Positions 59,843-64,000 of a stretch of 64,000 bases of DNA are shown piece after piece. The DNA comes from an uncultured delta proteobacterium (lineage in GTDB: Bacteria; Desulfobacterota; Desulfuromonadia; Geobacterales; DSM-12255): NCBI GenBank assembly GCA_963787125.1, contig CAWBBV010000001.1, positions 320,001-384,000 on the forward strand, in the 5' to 3' direction. The position numbers and the translations under genes are program-made. Every line of letters begins with the position of its first letter. The first letter of the stretch is position 1. The notes below the pieces were generated by a model that was not told the DNA's origin, did no database searches, and saw nothing but the letters and a program-made list of their open reading frames with translations.

Positions 59843-61081
59843 TTGGATAAATTGCTGGCAGCGCAAAGAAAGTCCGCAGAGCTATACAATGCCGGTCGCT
59901 ATGGTGAGGCGTTGGCCATTATTGATGTAGCTCTGAAAAAATGGAAAGGCGTGCCCCAGCTCTGGAACAATCGCGGCACTGTTATGCTGGCAATGGGCCG
60001 ATTTGCAGATGCCGCACACTCCTACCGTAAAGCGTTGGTAATCGCCCCGGATTTTCATGAAAGCAGGGTGCCGCTCTCCACCTGCCTGCAGGCACTGGGG
60101 CAGCATGATGCCGCAATAGAATGCTGCGAAATGACACTCCAGCAGCAACCCGGCAACCCTCAAGCGCACTGGAATCTCTCCATGCTGCTCCTCTTAACCG
60201 GAGCTTACCGGCGCGGCTGGCATGAGTATGAATGGCGCTGGGAAACTGGCCGTTTTCCGTTCATCAAAAAGGAATATCAGGCGCCCCGATGGCAGGGTGA
60301 AGATCTGACCGGCAAGAGACTGTTGATTCATGCCGAGCAGGGGTTTGGTGATTCAATCCAGTTTTGCCGTTATCTATCGCTACTTGCCGGAAATGCCGGG
60401 GAAATTATCTTTTCGTGTGACCGCTCCCTGCACAATCTCTTTTCCACAGCTTTTGCCCATATCAAACTTGTTACCTGCCATGAATTGCTGGAAAGCTACG
60501 ACTTTCATGTCCCGCTCCTGTCGTTGCCGCTCATTTTCGGCACCACCCTTGACAATATCCCTTCACCGGAAGCTTATTTATTTCCAGACCCAGTCCTACA
60601 GGCTAAATGGCGAAAATTGCTGGAGTCTGATGAAATGGGTGTAAAAGCTGGATTGTGCTGGCACGGCAGACCTAAACCTGATCCACTGAGAAGTTGCCCG
60701 GCAAAAGAATTAAATCTTATCTCCGGGGCAGAAAATGTTTCCTGCTACTCTCTTCAGCTTGGTGAAGTTCCGGCAAGACCATACCCCCGGTTAATTGACC
60801 TGACCGCTCAGATAACTGATTTTGCCGATACGGCAGCTTTTATTGCCGAGCTTGAGCTTGTCATTACAATTGACACCGCGGTAGCCCACCTTGCCGGCGC
60901 GCTCGGCAAAACCTGCTGGCTGCTGCTGCCGTTCGTCCCTGACTGGCGCTGGGGGCTACAGAGCGAAATGTCGCCCTGGTATAACTCGATACAACTTTTC
61001 AGGCAGCAGAAACCCGGTGACTGGCGGGGAGTTATGGCATCAGTAAACGCTGCCCTTAACGAGTTGATTCGCGCAATCTAA
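59843..61081 (+). CDS. TPR-containing glycosyltransferase-like protein (GT-B fold)
   Basis: N-terminal TPRs; GWHEYEWRW, EQGFGDSIQF, ITIDTAVAHLAGALG, DWRW. Confidence 0.85.
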   Translation: MDKLLAAQRKSAELYNAGRYGEALAIIDVALKKWKGVPQLWNNRGTVMLAMGRFADAAHSYRKALVIAPDFHESRVPLSTCLQALGQHDAAIECCEMTLQQQPGNPQAHWNLSMLLLLTGAYRRGWHEYEWRWETGRFPFIKKEYQAPRWQGEDLTGKRLLIHAEQGFGDSIQFCRYLSLLAGNAGEIIFSCDRSLHNLFSTAFAHIKLVTCHELLESYDFHVPLLSLPLIFGTTLDNIPSPEAYLFPDPVLQAKWRKLLESDEMGVKAGLCWHGRPKPDPLRSCPAKELNLISGAENVSCYSLQLGEVPARPYPRLIDLTAQITDFADTAAFIAELELVITIDTAVAHLAGALGKTCWLLLPFVPDWRWGLQSEMSPWYNSIQLFRQQKPGDWRGVMASVNAALNELIRAI

Positions 61082-61142
61082 CGCCCCACTGCTTTTTAAT
61101 TTTGTGCTATAACTCTCTCAATTCAAGCCAACCGAGGAGTCC

Positions 61143-63332
61143 ATGACAACTCTCCGAAAAACAGCCCTCGCCCTTGCCCTGCTTGTGACGCTCCTGCTGC
61201 CTTCAACTCCCGTCGCAGTGCAGTCAGCGCTGAAGAAGCCAGCCGCTTTGAAAGGCAGTTACGTTGACGGCGAGCTGCTGGTCAAGTTCAAAAAAAGCGG
61301 CACAGGCAAAACTCTGCACAAGTCAGTCGGCTCAACCCTCAAGAGCAGCATCAAGATGCTTAAAATTGACCATGTTGCCATCCCGCAGGGGATGACTGTT
61401 CAGCAAGCGATTGCTCTCTACCGTGCAAATCCCGAGGTAGAGTTTGCCGAACCGAACTACCGTGTTCGCAAGGCAGTTATTCCTGATGATCCTCTTTACA
61501 TGGCGGGACAGTGGAATCTGCCGCTGATAGCGGCTCCAGCTGCATGGAGCCGCGCTACAGGCGGCAATACAACAGAATCAGTCATTGTTGCTGTACTCGA
61601 TACCGGGGTTGCCTATACGCATCCTGACCTTATCGCCAACCTCTGGACAAATCCCGGCGAGACTGCAAATAACGGCATTGATGATGATGGAAACGGCATT
61701 GTTGACGATTATTACGGAGCCAGCTTTGGCGGCATGAAGCCTGGTGATCCCTGGGATGACGACACTGCTGATTCTCATGGCAGCCATGTAGCCGGAATTA
61801 TAGGGGCGGTTGGTAATAATGGTATCGGCATTGCCGGGATTAACTGGTCTGCCCGTATTCTGGCGGTAAAAGTCCTCCATGGGCCTGAAGGTTACGGTGA
61901 GCTGAGTGATGTCCTCAAAGGCGCTGAGTATGCCCTTTCAAAAGGGGCGAAAATCCTCAATTGCAGCATTGAATCAACAGATGACGCCCCTGACTCAAAT
62001 GGGATTCAATCACTGCATGAAATGGTGAAGGCAGCTGATAGAGCCGGTGCTCTGGTTGTCTCTGCAGCAGGAAACACCGGCCTTAACCTTGACGTCTCCA
62101 ATATTTATCCTGCATCCATCAGAGAACCGAATAACATCGCCGTTGCTGCCGTTGAAAGGGGTGATCGGTTGGCCTCCTACTCTGATTACGGCAGACACTC
62201 AGTCGACCTGGCTGCTCCAGGCGGGTCTGCTGGAGGCACAGGCAATGATGGCGGCGTCTTGAGCACCGTCTGGTTAGCTGGAGGCGCCCAACTATACAGA
62301 ACAACTTCCGGAACCTCGATGGCAGCGCCTCATGTCAGCGGCGCAGCAGCGCTCGCCTGGAACGCCGATAAAGACCTGACAAATTATCAGGTCAAAGCAA
62401 GAATCTACAACAGCGTTGATCGGCTGACTCAATACAGTGACAAAACAATAACCGGTGGCAGGCTGAATCTGGATTCACTTCTTACGGTCAGTGATCTGCC
62501 TGCTGTCTTCAATGTGTCACCTTACCGTCTGCAGAGCGGCACAGAGATTACCATTACCGGCTCGAATTTCGGGGCGGCGACCGGCAGTGTCACTGTCGGT
62601 GGCAAATTTGCTGTCATCCGCTCATGGAGTGACATTTCAATTGCAGCGATAGCCCCTGGTGGAGTTGACGGAGATTTGCTGATTGTAAACGGCAGTGGCA
62701 GCGGCTTTCCCCTGCTCTATCCGCCGCTCCCGGTCATTACTATTACGGCTAACCCGGAAACCGGAACTCTGCCGGACAGCACGGTCTTTCTGGTTACAGT
62801 TGATCCGCAGGAGACGAAGATAACAAAATATGAATGGGATTTTGGAACGGGCATATATACGCAAAGCGCCGGCGATTCCATCTCCCATGAATTCACTTTA
62901 GCGGGTGAATATCCGATAAGAGCAAGAGTAACCGATGACCTTGGCAGAGTGGTTGAAGCTTCGCTTCTTTATACTGTGAATGATGTCGCTGTCCCTGGCA
63001 GGAGCGGCTGTTTCATCGCCACTGCCGCCTACGGAAGCTATCTCCACCCTAAAGTCAGACTGCTCCGTGATTTTAGGGATAACTGGCTCTTGACAAACAG
63101 TCCGGGCAGGGCTTTCGTGTCGCTGTACTACCGCTACAGTCCTCCTCTTGCGGACTTCATTGCCGCTAGAGAGTGGTTGAAACTGTCCGTTCGGCTGCTT
63201 TTACTGCCGCTGATTATAATAATTGAGAATCCTGCCGCTATTTCCCTGTTGCTGACCTTGTTTGCAGGCGGGGCATTTATGCGCTGGCGGAGCCTGAATC
63301 CAGGCCGGTTTAGCCGATACTTTTCACCTTGA
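61143..63332 (+). CDS. S8 subtilisin-like serine protease with IPT, PKD and CFI-box-CTERM domains
   Basis: Signal and propeptide; LDTG, HGSHVAG, AAGN, GTSMAAP; C-terminal GCFIATAAYGS..LRDFRD..YY..SPP followed by TM. Confidence 0.92.
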   Translation: MTTLRKTALALALLVTLLLPSTPVAVQSALKKPAALKGSYVDGELLVKFKKSGTGKTLHKSVGSTLKSSIKMLKIDHVAIPQGMTVQQAIALYRANPEVEFAEPNYRVRKAVIPDDPLYMAGQWNLPLIAAPAAWSRATGGNTTESVIVAVLDTGVAYTHPDLIANLWTNPGETANNGIDDDGNGIVDDYYGASFGGMKPGDPWDDDTADSHGSHVAGIIGAVGNNGIGIAGINWSARILAVKVLHGPEGYGELSDVLKGAEYALSKGAKILNCSIESTDDAPDSNGIQSLHEMVKAADRAGALVVSAAGNTGLNLDVSNIYPASIREPNNIAVAAVERGDRLASYSDYGRHSVDLAAPGGSAGGTGNDGGVLSTVWLAGGAQLYRTTSGTSMAAPHVSGAAALAWNADKDLTNYQVKARIYNSVDRLTQYSDKTITGGRLNLDSLLTVSDLPAVFNVSPYRLQSGTEITITGSNFGAATGSVTVGGKFAVIRSWSDISIAAIAPGGVDGDLLIVNGSGSGFPLLYPPLPVITITANPETGTLPDSTVFLVTVDPQETKITKYEWDFGTGIYTQSAGDSISHEFTLAGEYPIRARVTDDLGRVVEASLLYTVNDVAVPGRSGCFIATAAYGSYLHPKVRLLRDFRDNWLLTNSPGRAFVSLYYRYSPPLADFIAAREWLKLSVRLLLLPLIIIIENPAAISLLLTLFAGGAFMRWRSLNPGRFSRYFSP

Positions 63333-64000
63333 CCGGCAGATACAGCAGAATAGCAACGGCTAGACCGATCAGCGGGAAGAGGAAGGCGGCATGAAACGAA
63401 TGGGGGGTAATGCTGCCCCCCTTGCCAAGCTGCTCGATGATGACCCCCATAAGATGCTGGGTGACCGCCGCCCCCATCAGGACAAAGAAGTTGAGTGATG
63501 TCAGCGCCGTCCCGACAATCTCCACCCTGAAGCCATTCCTGATGATCGGGTAGATCATGACCCCTCCTGAAACCGCGATGCCGATGGAGAAAAACCAGAA
63601 CGGAATGAGCGCCACTGGAATCATCTCCCCCCACCCCAGAAAACCGCTCATTAATAACAACAGCATGAACTGACCGGCTAGCAGTGTTTTCTTGTAAGAA
63701 TTGAAAACTCTCCTGGCAATGATATCGATAGTCAAACTCCCGGCTATAAAACCGATGGAGGTATACATGAGCATACTGCCCGCTTCGGTGCGGGAGTAAT
63801 GAAGGATGTTCATCAGATACGGGCCTCCCCAGAGGCCCTGCACGGCAAGATAGTTGCCGTACCAGAAAAAAGAGATCACTCCCAGAAGGAGAAAATCATG
63901 CCGGCCAAAGATCTCTTTCCAGGCAGCCAGCATCCCTGTCTGCTCATTATTGCTCTTAGCACCCGGAATTGAACTGACAGGGGGCCTATCTCTGACTATA
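63310..64000 (-). CDS. MFS transporter (C-terminal half, 5'-partial)
   Basis: Frame open to the window edge (IVRDRPP central loop); QGLWGGPYL; multiple TM helices. Confidence 0.85.
   Translation of the reverse strand, partial: IVRDRPPVSSIPGAKSNNEQTGMLAAWKEIFGRHDFLLLGVISFFWYGNYLAVQGLWGGPYLMNILHYSRTEAGSMLMYTSIGFIAGSLTIDIIARRVFNSYKKTLLAGQFMLLLLMSGFLGWGEMIPVALIPFWFFSIGIAVSGGVMIYPIIRNGFRVEIVGTALTSLNFFVLMGAAVTQHLMGVIIEQLGKGGSITPHSFHAAFLFPLIGLAVAILLYLPVKVKSIG

Noticed and set aside
58424..59866. 480-aa antisense ORF
   Set aside because: Shadow of the lipoprotein at 58205..59770, which has an RBS, lipobox and terminator; the antisense product has no recognisable motifs and crosses the terminator

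Overview
Origin-proximal chromosomal segment of a Geobacteraceae/Desulfuromonadia-like bacterium (taxon inferred from gene content). Housekeeping blocks: mnmE-mnmG-rsmG with a perfect parS site, hemH, nadA, CIRCE-hrcA-grpE-dnaK-dnaJ, ispDF, rimO, hemW, tolQRAB-pal-cpoB and tatA. Accessory modules between them: oleAB (olefin synthesis, no oleCD here); an alternative-function (Wsp/Frz-like) chemosensory operon; an AAA+/VWA pair; a sigma54-type operon encoding an outer-membrane barrel, a small periplasmic protein ending in Gly-Cys and an octaheme OTR-type cytochrome; a ygiB/ygiC/DUF350-lemA-TPM-TPM-ParB-like envelope cluster; and a surface-protein cluster of three large lipoproteins (one split by a single extra A in an A6 run), a TPR glycosyltransferase and a CFI-box-CTERM subtilase. 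Pal carries an 11-copy (QQQAAA) linker. Several REP/MITE-like palindromes lie in intergenic regions. No rRNA, tRNA, CRISPR array, transposase or prophage was recognised. All family calls come from motif recognition by eye, not database searches.
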